Below, piece by piece: positions 9,482 to 16,364 of a stretch of 32,000 nucleotides of DNA (positions are counted from its first letter, which is position 1; every line of letters begins with the position of its first letter). The notes under the pieces were generated by a model that saw nothing but the letters and a program-made list of their open reading frames with translations, made no database searches and was not told the DNA's origin. Both the position numbers and the translations under genes were made by a program. Origin of the DNA: Longivirga aurantiaca (lineage in GTDB: Bacteria > Actinomycetota > Actinomycetes > S36-B12 > CAIYMF01). The stretch spans positions 540,001-572,000 of the forward strand of contig NZ_JBHSTI010000008.1 in NCBI RefSeq assembly GCF_042660085.1, read 5' to 3'.

Positions 9482-10254
9482 TCGTCCCGACTCCCGACGA
9501 CGTGGCCGACCTCGCCGCGAGCGTCGTGGTCGACGCGCTGCCGACGTCGCGCCCGCCCGTCCTCGGCCTCGCCACCGGGTCGTCGCCGCTCGGGCTCTAC
9601 CGCCGGCTCGGCGAGGCGGCGGCCGCCGGGCATCTGCGGGTGCAGGACGCGTCCGGGGTGGCGCTCGACGAGTACGTCGGCCTCGCGGGCGGCCACCCGG
9701 AGTCGTACCGGACGGTGCTCGAACGGGAGGTGTGCGACGTCGTGGGGCTCGACCGCGCCCGGCTCTTCGTGCCGGACGGCACGGGCGCGGACCTCGAGGC
9801 GCTCATCGCCGCGGCCCGTCGGCACGAGGAGCGCATCGTGGCCCTCGGCGGCGTCGACGTGCAGATCCTCGGGATCGGCGCCAACGGCCACCTCGGCTTC
9901 AACGAGCCCGGGTCGGCGCTGTCCTCGCGCACCCGCGTGAAGCGGCTGTCGGACCGCACCCGCGCCGACAACGCGCGCTTCTTCGCCTCGCCCGAGGACG
10001 TACCCACGCACTGCATCACGCAGGGGCTCGGCACGATCCTGTCGGCGCGCAGCCTGGTGCTGGTGGCCACGGGTGCGGCCAAGGCCACGGCGGTGGCGGC
10101 GGCGCTGGAGGGCCCGCTGACCGCGTCGTGCCCGGCGTCGGTCCTGCAGTGGCACGCGGATGCGGTCGTCGTCCTCGACGAGGACGCGGCGGCGATGCTC
10201 GCGAACCGGGCGTACTACGACGCCTCGGCGGCGGGCCTCCGGCTCCCGGGCTGA
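9469..10254 (+). CDS. nagB: glucosamine-6-phosphate deaminase
   Basis: GTG start overlaps the kinase 3' end by 13 nt. 261 aa. Motifs LGLATGSSP, ILGIGANGHLGFNEPG, ITQGLGTI. Confidence 0.88.
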   Translation: MEVLIVPTPDDVADLAASVVVDALPTSRPPVLGLATGSSPLGLYRRLGEAAAAGHLRVQDASGVALDEYVGLAGGHPESYRTVLEREVCDVVGLDRARLFVPDGTGADLEALIAAARRHEERIVALGGVDVQILGIGANGHLGFNEPGSALSSRTRVKRLSDRTRADNARFFASPEDVPTHCITQGLGTILSARSLVLVATGAAKATAVAAALEGPLTASCPASVLQWHADAVVVLDEDAAAMLANRAYYDASAAGLRLPG

Positions 10255-10268
10255 CACGCCCGGGCAGA

Positions 10269-10310
10269 ACAGAGCGGGGGCCCGGGGAGCAGCCCGGACC
10301 CCCGCTCTGT
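10269..10310 (+). terminator. 18-bp hairpin after nagB
   Basis: ACAGAGCGGGGGCCCGGG-gagcag-CCCGGACCCCCGCTCTGT with one mismatch, 15 nt after the nagB stop. Confidence 0.55.
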
Positions 10311-10332
10311 CGTTCCTGAGGTCTTCGAGTCA

Positions 10333-10380
10333 CTGCCCGACGTGGGGTTATGCAGCCTCGCAAAGCCCCGCTTCGGGCAG
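10333..10380 (-). terminator. imperfect hairpin downstream of the mycoredoxin gene
   Basis: CTGCCCGA / TCGGGCAG outer stem plus GGGG / CCCC inner stem. No U-tract. Confidence 0.3.
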
Positions 10381-10407
10381 TAACTCGCGGAAGGACCGGA
10401 TGTGGCG

Positions 10408-10653
10408 TCAGGCGGAGAGGGCCTCGAGCTTGGCCTTGACCTGGCCGATGCTGGGGTTGGTCTCGGCGGAGCCGTCGGCGAACAGCAGCGTGGGGACGGT
10501 CTGGTTGCCGCCGTTCACGCCCTCGACGAACGCCGCGGCGCTCGGGTCCTGCTCGATGTCGACCTCGACGTACTCGATGCCCTCGCGACCCATCTGGGCC
10601 TTGAGCCGCTGGCAGTAGCCGCACCAGGGGGTGCTGTACATCGTGACGGCCAT
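10408..10653 (-). CDS. mrx1: mycoredoxin (glutaredoxin-like, CGYC active site)
   Basis: MAVTMYSTPWCGYCQRLK..., 81 aa. AAGGAG SD upstream of the ATG at 10653. The longer ORF start at 10707 was rejected. Confidence 0.85.
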   Translation of the reverse strand: MAVTMYSTPWCGYCQRLKAQMGREGIEYVEVDIEQDPSAAAFVEGVNGGNQTVPTLLFADGSAETNPSIGQVKAKLEALSA

Positions 10654-10811
10654 CGTCGGTCCGCTCCTTCTCGCGTGCGTGCGTGGTGGTCGCCGGTTCA
10701 ACCGCACTACCCGGCCCAGTGTTCCCGAGCCGGCCGAGTCCCGCGCGCGGGAGGCTGCGGACCCGTGACCGCGTGGTCGGCGTCGTCGGGGGCGGGTGCG
10801 AGGATCGACCG

Positions 10812-12974
10812 GTGAGCGGCCTCCTGCCCGGCCTCGACGCCGGCGTGCCCGTCGTCGGCAGCGCCGACGCCGTGCTCGCCGCGCTCGACCCCGAGCAGCG
10901 CGAGGTCGCGCTCTCGCTGTCCGGCCCGGTGGTGGTACTCGCGGGCGCGGGCACCGGCAAGACCCGGGCGATCACGCACCGGATCGCGCACGGCGTGCTC
11001 ACCGGCCGGCACGACCCGCGCCGGACGCTGGCCGTCACGTTCACCGCACGCGCCGCGGGGGAGATGCGCCATCGGCTCGCCCAGCTGGGGGTCGAGGGCG
11101 TGCAGGCGCGCACGTTCCACTCCGCGGCCCTGCGCCAGCTGCGCTACTTCTGGCCCCGAGTGGTCGGGGGCGGCGCGCCGGAGATCCTGCCGAGCAAGGC
11201 CCGCATCCTCGGCCCCGTGCTGCGTCGGAGCGGGTGGAACGACCCCACCCTCGCGCGCGACGTCGCCGCCGAGATCGAGTGGGCCAAGGCCAGCCAGGTG
11301 GTGGCCGCCGACTACCCCGCCGCCGCGCTGCGGGCCCGGCGCGAGCCGCCGGGGTCGCTGAGCCTCGACGACGTCGCGACGCTCTACGCGGCCTACGACG
11401 AGCGCAAGACCGCCGACGGCTTCATCGACTTCGAGGACGTCCTGCTCCTCACCGTCGGGATGCTCGACACCCGCCTCGACATCGCCGAGGAGGTGCGCTC
11501 GCAGTACCGCTGGTTCACCGTCGACGAGTACCAGGACGTCAACCCCCTTCAGCAGCGCCTGCTCGACCTCTGGCTCGGCGACCGCGACGAGCTGTGCGTC
11601 GTCGGCGACGCGAGCCAGACGATCTACACGTTCACCGGCGCGAGCTCGTCGTACCTCCTGGACTTCCGCACCCGCTTCCCGCACGCCACCGAGGTCAAGC
11701 TGGTGCGGTCGTACCGCTCCACGCCCCAGGTGGTGTCGCTCGCCAACCGCGTGCTCGCCAGCGCCACCGGTGCCGAGGCGCGGCTGCGGCTCGAGCTGCG
11801 CGCGATGCGCACCGACGGCCCCGAGCCGCGGATCACGTCGTACGACGATGAGCCCGCGGAGGCCGCCGGGCTGGCGGCAGCGGTGAAGAAGCTGGTCGCC
11901 GCCGGCACCCCCGCGCGCGAGATCGCGGTCCTGTACCGCATCAACGCGCAGTCGGAGGTGTTCGAGGAGGCGCTGGCCGAGGCGGGCATCCCCTACGTGC
12001 TGCGCGGCGAGTCGGCGTTCTTCGAGCGCGGCGAGGTGCGCGAGGCGCTGACCCGGCTGCGGGGCGCGGCCCGCGGTGGGGAGGGCTCCGGCGACCTCGG
12101 GTCCGACGTTCGCTCGGTGCTCTCGGCGATGAACTGGTCGCAGGAGCCGCCGAGCGGCCAGGGCGCGGTCCGTGACCGCTGGGAGAACCTCCTGCGCCTG
12201 GTCACGCTCGCCGACGACCTCGCCACCGCCAACCCGGACGCCACGCTGACCGAGCTCGTCGCCGACCTCGACCAGCGCGCCACCGTCCAGGCCGCCCCGA
12301 CGGCGGACGGCGTCACGCTGTCCACCGTGCACGCGGCCAAGGGGCTCGAGTGGGACGCCGTCTTCGTCGTCGGGCTCGTGCAGGGCACGTTCCCCATCCA
12401 GCACGCCGACACCCCGGCGCGGGTGGAGGAGGAGCGGCGCCTGTTCTACGTGGCCTGCACCCGTGCCCGCACCCACCTCGCCCTGTCGTGGGCCCGCAGC
12501 CGCACCGGGCGCGGGCGGCGCGACCGGTCGCAGTTCCTCGACACCGTGTTCGGCGCCGAGCCGGCCGACCGGGGCGGCTCGGGAGGCGTCGTGCGCGGCA
12601 GCGGCACCCGCACACGGGAGAAGCACTCCAAGCAGCCCAACGTCTGCCGCGTGTGCGGCAAGGCCCTGGTGTCGGGGCCGGAGTCGGCGCGCGGACGCTG
12701 CGCCACCTGCCCGTCGTCGTACGACGAGGCACTCTTCGAGCGGCTCAAGGCCTGGCGCAAGGACGAGTCGAGCCGCCAGTCGGTCCCGGCGTACGTCGTG
12801 TTCACCGACGCCACGCTCGAGCAGGTCGCCACCCTCCTTCCGGGTGACACCCGGGCCCTGCTGGCCGTCCCGGGGGTCGGCGCCCGCAAGCTCGAGGCGT
12901 ACGGCGAGGCCGTGCTGGCGCTGGTGCGGGGCGAAACGCCAACGACCGCAGGCGATCCGGACGATCCGGCCTGA
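10812..12974 (+). CDS. uvrD2: UvrD2-type ATP-dependent DNA helicase (SF1 core + tetracysteine + HRDC-like C-terminus)
   Basis: Walker A AGAGTGKT, DEYQD, C-terminal CRVCG...CATC followed by VPAYVVFTDATLEQVA...PGVGARKLEAYG. The GTG start at 10812 is approximate. Confidence 0.88.
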   Translation: MSGLLPGLDAGVPVVGSADAVLAALDPEQREVALSLSGPVVVLAGAGTGKTRAITHRIAHGVLTGRHDPRRTLAVTFTARAAGEMRHRLAQLGVEGVQARTFHSAALRQLRYFWPRVVGGGAPEILPSKARILGPVLRRSGWNDPTLARDVAAEIEWAKASQVVAADYPAAALRARREPPGSLSLDDVATLYAAYDERKTADGFIDFEDVLLLTVGMLDTRLDIAEEVRSQYRWFTVDEYQDVNPLQQRLLDLWLGDRDELCVVGDASQTIYTFTGASSSYLLDFRTRFPHATEVKLVRSYRSTPQVVSLANRVLASATGAEARLRLELRAMRTDGPEPRITSYDDEPAEAAGLAAAVKKLVAAGTPAREIAVLYRINAQSEVFEEALAEAGIPYVLRGESAFFERGEVREALTRLRGAARGGEGSGDLGSDVRSVLSAMNWSQEPPSGQGAVRDRWENLLRLVTLADDLATANPDATLTELVADLDQRATVQAAPTADGVTLSTVHAAKGLEWDAVFVVGLVQGTFPIQHADTPARVEEERRLFYVACTRARTHLALSWARSRTGRGRRDRSQFLDTVFGAEPADRGGSGGVVRGSGTRTREKHSKQPNVCRVCGKALVSGPESARGRCATCPSSYDEALFERLKAWRKDESSRQSVPAYVVFTDATLEQVATLLPGDTRALLAVPGVGARKLEAYGEAVLALVRGETPTTAGDPDDPA

Positions 12975-13066
12975 GCCGTCGTCGTCCGGCGGAGGGCCGC
13001 TCCCGCCGCACGATTCGTGCCGTGTTTCCCGGCCGTTGGTCACGAATTCGTCGCGACACGCGACAT

Positions 13067-13112
13067 CTGGCAGAAAACCTCGTTGCGCTGGCAGAGAACT
13101 TCCTCGTAGCCT
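13067..13112 (+). promoter_or_regulatory. candidate whiB7 promoter with flanking direct repeats
   Basis: TTGCGC (13083-13088), 18 nt, TAGCCT (13107-13112). CTGGCAGAAAAC (13067-13078) and CTGGCAGAGAAC (13088-13099) are 21 bp apart. An A-rich tract lies just upstream of the -35. Confidence 0.45.
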
Positions 13113-13163
13113 CATGCACCTACGCGCGGAGTCGCTGCGCCCACGACGAAGGAGGTGGCCCCG

Positions 13164-13376
13164 ATGATCGAGTACATGAACTCGCTGGTGGCCGCTCTCG
13201 TCGTGCTGCCTGCGCTCGCCGTCCTGTTCGCCGCCGCATGGCGTCGTGACGTCGCGCCCACCAGCGCTATCGCCGTCCGTTCGCGCGCCCACGTCCCGGC
13301 CACCGGTGCCTTCGGCACCGCTGTCGATGGCTACGCCACGAAGTTCGGCCCGCAGTCTCGAGGATCCAGCTGGTGA
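13164..13376 (+). CDS. whiB7 leader uORF (70 codons)
   Basis: ATG lies 8 nt after GAAGGAGG (13148-13155), the same SD as whiB7. GC3 is about 81% by hand count, below neighbouring genes. It sits immediately upstream of the leader terminator. Confidence 0.55.
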   Translation: MIEYMNSLVAALVVLPALAVLFAAAWRRDVAPTSAIAVRSRAHVPATGAFGTAVDGYATKFGPQSRGSSW

Positions 13377-13400
13377 GACCCCTCACCACCAGGCACCTCG

Positions 13401-13442
13401 AGGCCGCGGATCCCGACACCGGGAACCGCGGCCTTCGTGTTT
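13401..13442 (+). terminator. intrinsic terminator / attenuator inside the whiB7 leader
   Basis: AGGCCGCGGATCCCG-acac-CGGGAACCGCGGCCT (14 bp with one A.A mismatch) followed by TCGTGTTT. It lies 145 nt upstream of the whiB7 ATG. Confidence 0.7.
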
Positions 13443-13585
13443 GCCCGGGCACTCCCTCACCCGGACGAGCGCACCACCCCGCCGGCACAACCCCCGCCGG
13501 AGGGCGCACCACCCGCACCACCCCTGCCCAGCACGACACCGGATACCGCGGAGACCCCGCGGCGGATGAAGGAGGTGACCGCGCG

Positions 13586-14020
13586 ATGAGCATGACCTTC
13601 GACCTCACCACTGCCCTCGGAACGGCAGCCGGGTTCGACGTCAGCACGCCGTGCCGGTCGTACGACCCGGACCTGTGGTTCGCCGAGCGACCCGACGACG
13701 TCGCGCTCGCCCAGGAGCTGTGCGGAGACTGCGCCCTGCGCGCGGCCTGCCTCGCAGGTGCCTTGGAGCGGCGCGAGCCGTGGGGCGTCTGGGGTGGAGA
13801 GCTGTTCGAGCACGGACGTGTCGTGGCGCGCAAGCGTCGCCCCGGCCGCCCGCGCAAGGACGACGCCCTCCGTCGCCGTGCCGCCGAGGACGCGCTCGCC
13901 GCGCGTCTGGCCGAGATCTCCACGGAGCTCACGACCGACGGCGGCCTCGATGCGGACCTCGTGGACGAGCTCTTCGAGGGCTGCGCCGTCCCGGCGCAGC
14001 GCGGAGGTGCCGCCGCATGA
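13586..14020 (+). CDS. whiB7: WhiB7-type WhiB-like Fe-S transcription factor with AT-hook
   Basis: Cys pattern C23-x22-C-x2-C-x5-C, EPWGVWGGE turn, AT-hook RKRRPGRPRK (aa 82-91). SD GAAGGAGG at 13568-13575. The neighbourhood is mrx1 / uvrD2 / ABC1 kinase. Confidence 0.85.
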   Translation: MSMTFDLTTALGTAAGFDVSTPCRSYDPDLWFAERPDDVALAQELCGDCALRAACLAGALERREPWGVWGGELFEHGRVVARKRRPGRPRKDDALRRRAAEDALAARLAEISTELTTDGGLDADLVDELFEGCAVPAQRGGAAA

Positions 14021-14328
14021 CCGTTCGTACGCAGCCCGACCGCACCGGTCCGGGCTCCCTCCCCGCCACCAGCCCGGTGGCGGACCCCGTCATCCCCGCG
14101 TCGTCCCTGACGGCGCGGACCTCGAAGCTGGAGACAGACATGCATCACATCCCCGAGCAGATGGCACGTTCCCATCTGGCCTCCCGTCAGGCAGAGGCCG
14201 AGGCGTCGCGCGTCCGTCGCGTCGCCCTGGCCCACCGCCGGGCGGCGGCGGCCGAGCGTCGCGCCCGGCTCGCCCGCGAGGCTGCCGTGCTGGCCTCGCA
14301 CCAGGCGGCCATCGCCTCTGCCCACTAG
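14017..14328 (+). CDS. hypothetical 103-aa protein translationally coupled to whiB7
   Basis: Its ATG overlaps the whiB7 TGA (ATGA at 14017-14020). GGAGG at 14003-14007. GC3 is about 86% overall and 90% in the first 41 codons. There are no recognisable motifs and the C-terminal half is Arg/Ala-rich and helical. Confidence 0.4.
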   Translation: MTVRTQPDRTGPGSLPATSPVADPVIPASSLTARTSKLETDMHHIPEQMARSHLASRQAEAEASRVRRVALAHRRAAAAERRARLAREAAVLASHQAAIASAH

Positions 14329-14456
14329 TCGGGCAGGGACGTGCACGTGGCAGGGAGGGCCCCCTGCCGGCAGGAGCCGCGGCTCCGCCGGCGGGGGGCC
14401 TTCGCCATGTCGTGCCAGCGTCGGCATCCCGAGCCCGGGTGGGGCAGGATCGAGGG

Positions 14457-16019
14457 GTGACGCACCTCGATCGCACGGCGCTCGACGCGGCGGTGTCCGC
14501 GCTCACCGACCCGGCCCTTGCCGGCTTCGTGGCGGTGGTGGCGTGGCCCGACCCGGACGCCGGCCGCGATCCCGCCGGGCGGCCATGGGCGGTCCTGGTC
14601 GCAGACGCCCACGGCTCGGCGCGGCTCGACGACGAGCACCCGGAGGGTGTCGTGGTCGCCGGCCGGCACCCGCTGCCGAGCACTGACCCGATGGCGTTCC
14701 TGCCCTACGAGCTCGAGGTGGCCGACCCCTCTCCCGACCACGACCGCAACGCCTACCCGCTGCCGTGGCTGCGGCTCGCCTCGTTCTTCACCGAGCAGCG
14801 CAGCCCCGACCTCGCGGTGGTGCACGCCGCCGGGCACTGGTTCCCCGAGCAGGGCGGTCACCGCGGCGAGCACGGGTCGCTCGACGTGATCCAGTCGCGG
14901 GCGCCGTTCGTGCTCTCGGGCGCCGGCGTCGTACGCCACGGCCTGATCGAGGAGCACGCGCGCCTGGTCGACGTGATGCCCACGCTGGCGCACGCCGCCG
15001 GGGTGCCTGCCTCGGCGCTGGCGGGGCTCGACGGCGTACCGCGCACCGACCTCGTGGAGCCCGGTGCCGCGCACGTGATCGGCCTGCTGTGGGACGGCGG
15101 TCACGTGGGCTCGCTGATCGACCTCGCGCTGCGGGGCGAGCTGCCGAACGTCGCGCGTCTGCTGCGGCGGGGGTGCGCCCTGACCGGCGGCGCGGTCGCG
15201 GAGTTCCCGAGCCTCACCCTCGTCAACCACACGTCGATGCTCACCGGGGTGGGTCCTGGCCGGCACGGCGTGGTGGGCAACGTGTACTGGGACAGGCACC
15301 ACGGGCGCAGGGTCGTGCCGAACGACGCAGCGACGTGGCACAAGACCTCCGAGCTCTACCGCGAGGGCGTCACGACGCTCTTCGAGGCGGTGCTCGCGCA
15401 CCGGCCGGACGTGCGGACCGCCAGCGTCAACGAGATGACCGAGCGCGGCGCCTGGGCCTCGACCTTCGGCCTGGTGCGTGCCGCGCTGTCGGCCGGCGAG
15501 TCGGCCGATCCCGGCGAGGCCGGCAGCGCCGAGTCGCGCGACTTCCTCACGACCGTGCGCGCGCTGCTGCCGGACCCGTACGCCTCGGACCTCGTCACGC
15601 ACGTGCGGTGCGAGGAGGACGACGACTACGCGTTCTACTCCGCGATCGACCTGCTCGGCCTCTCCACGATGGTGGGGCTGTTCTCGGCGTCCGACCCGGC
15701 GGAGCTCCCGGCGGTCGCCTGGTGGTCGCAGTACACGACCGACGCGGCGCACCACGCGGGCGGTCCGCGGTCGGGCATCGCGACCGAGGGGCTGAAGGAC
15801 TGCGACCAGCGGCTCGGTGTCTTCCTCGACCACCTCGAGCAGCGCGGCCTGCTCGACGACTGCCTGTTCCTGCTGACCGCCGACCACGGCTTCGAGACCG
15901 CGCGGGACGACGTACGCGGCGAGTGGGGGTCGGCGCTGCACGCGGCGCTCGACCCGCTCGGAGTGCCGTTCCGCGACGAGGGCCCCGGCTTCGTCTACCT
16001 CGGCGTCCACCCCGACTGA
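14457..16019 (+). CDS. alkaline-phosphatase-superfamily phosphodiesterase / nucleotide pyrophosphatase-like protein
   Basis: Motifs LLWDGG, FPSLTLVNHTSMLTGVGPGRHGVVGN (nucleophile region), YTTDAAHHAGGP, LLTADHGFE. The GTG start at 14457 is approximate. Confidence 0.8.
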   Translation: MTHLDRTALDAAVSALTDPALAGFVAVVAWPDPDAGRDPAGRPWAVLVADAHGSARLDDEHPEGVVVAGRHPLPSTDPMAFLPYELEVADPSPDHDRNAYPLPWLRLASFFTEQRSPDLAVVHAAGHWFPEQGGHRGEHGSLDVIQSRAPFVLSGAGVVRHGLIEEHARLVDVMPTLAHAAGVPASALAGLDGVPRTDLVEPGAAHVIGLLWDGGHVGSLIDLALRGELPNVARLLRRGCALTGGAVAEFPSLTLVNHTSMLTGVGPGRHGVVGNVYWDRHHGRRVVPNDAATWHKTSELYREGVTTLFEAVLAHRPDVRTASVNEMTERGAWASTFGLVRAALSAGESADPGEAGSAESRDFLTTVRALLPDPYASDLVTHVRCEEDDDYAFYSAIDLLGLSTMVGLFSASDPAELPAVAWWSQYTTDAAHHAGGPRSGIATEGLKDCDQRLGVFLDHLEQRGLLDDCLFLLTADHGFETARDDVRGEWGSALHAALDPLGVPFRDEGPGFVYLGVHPD

Positions 16020-16028
16020 CCCGACTTG

Positions 16029-16067
16029 GTAGTGGGATGTCGCGCTCCGGTGCGAGATTCCACTAAC
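16029..16067 (+). terminator. imperfect long hairpin after the phosphodiesterase gene
   Basis: GTAGTGGGAT ... ATTCCACTAAC inverted repeat with an inner GTCGC / GCGAG stem, 10 nt after the stop. Confidence 0.3.
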
Positions 16068-16126
16068 GGATCGTCGGGCGGCGTGGCGTCCTGCGGTGCG
16101 CGGGCCGCGGGAGGACCATCGCACTC

Positions 16127-16312
16127 GTGACGGTGCTGGTGTGCGCCCGCTGCGGGCAGTCCCTGGACTCCGAGGCCGACGAGCAGAGCGGCATGGTCGC
16201 GCTCGCCTGGGTGCACTCGCACGAGCGGGGGCGCGACCTCTTCTACTGCCCGTCCTGCTCGCGTGACAACCTGCGCTCGATCGAGGGGAAGCTCGACGCC
16301 GAGTTCTGGTGA
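16127..16312 (+). CDS. small zinc-ribbon protein (61 aa)
   Basis: CARCG ... CPSC pair. 60 of 61 codons end in G or C, which is clearly coding by the local GC3 standard. Confidence 0.7.
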   Translation: MTVLVCARCGQSLDSEADEQSGMVALAWVHSHERGRDLFYCPSCSRDNLRSIEGKLDAEFW

Positions 16313-16364
16313 GAAGAGCCTCGTGAGCAGAGCCTGGTGAGCAGAGCCCGGTGAGCGCGCGGCC
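16309..16364. repeat. four tandem 14-nt units GTGAG(C/A)AGAGCC(T/C)(G/C), the last degenerate
   Basis: Units at 16309, 16323, 16337 and 16351. They fill exactly the gap between the Zn-ribbon stop and the AraC stop. Confidence 0.8.

Noticed and set aside
1367-10254. A search for DasR-type dre operators (TGGTCTAGACCA-like) in the nag locus intergenic regions.
   Set aside because: I could see no TCTAGA-centred palindrome upstream of nagA, the regulator, the binding-protein gene or nagB. The only strong palindrome is the different site at 2685-2705.
179-13292. Very long antisense or off-frame ORFs in the track, such as 179..2263(-), 2804..5329(-), 6273..8048(-), 7388..9133(-), 10707..13292(-), and later 14325..16124(-), 19022..20908(-) and 20937..23189(+).
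   Set aside because: Their translations are Arg/Pro/Gly/Ala-rich low-complexity sequence with no motifs. They lie opposite or out of frame to ORFs with clear family signatures and near-saturated GC3. This is the expected stop-codon depletion of high-GC DNA.
14140-14328. A shorter 62-codon version (MHHIPEQ...) of the ORF downstream of whiB7, preceded by GGAG.
   Set aside because: The same frame stays open back to the ATG at 14017, which overlaps the whiB7 stop and has a better SD, and the upstream part has higher GC3. The longer model was reported instead, still at low confidence.
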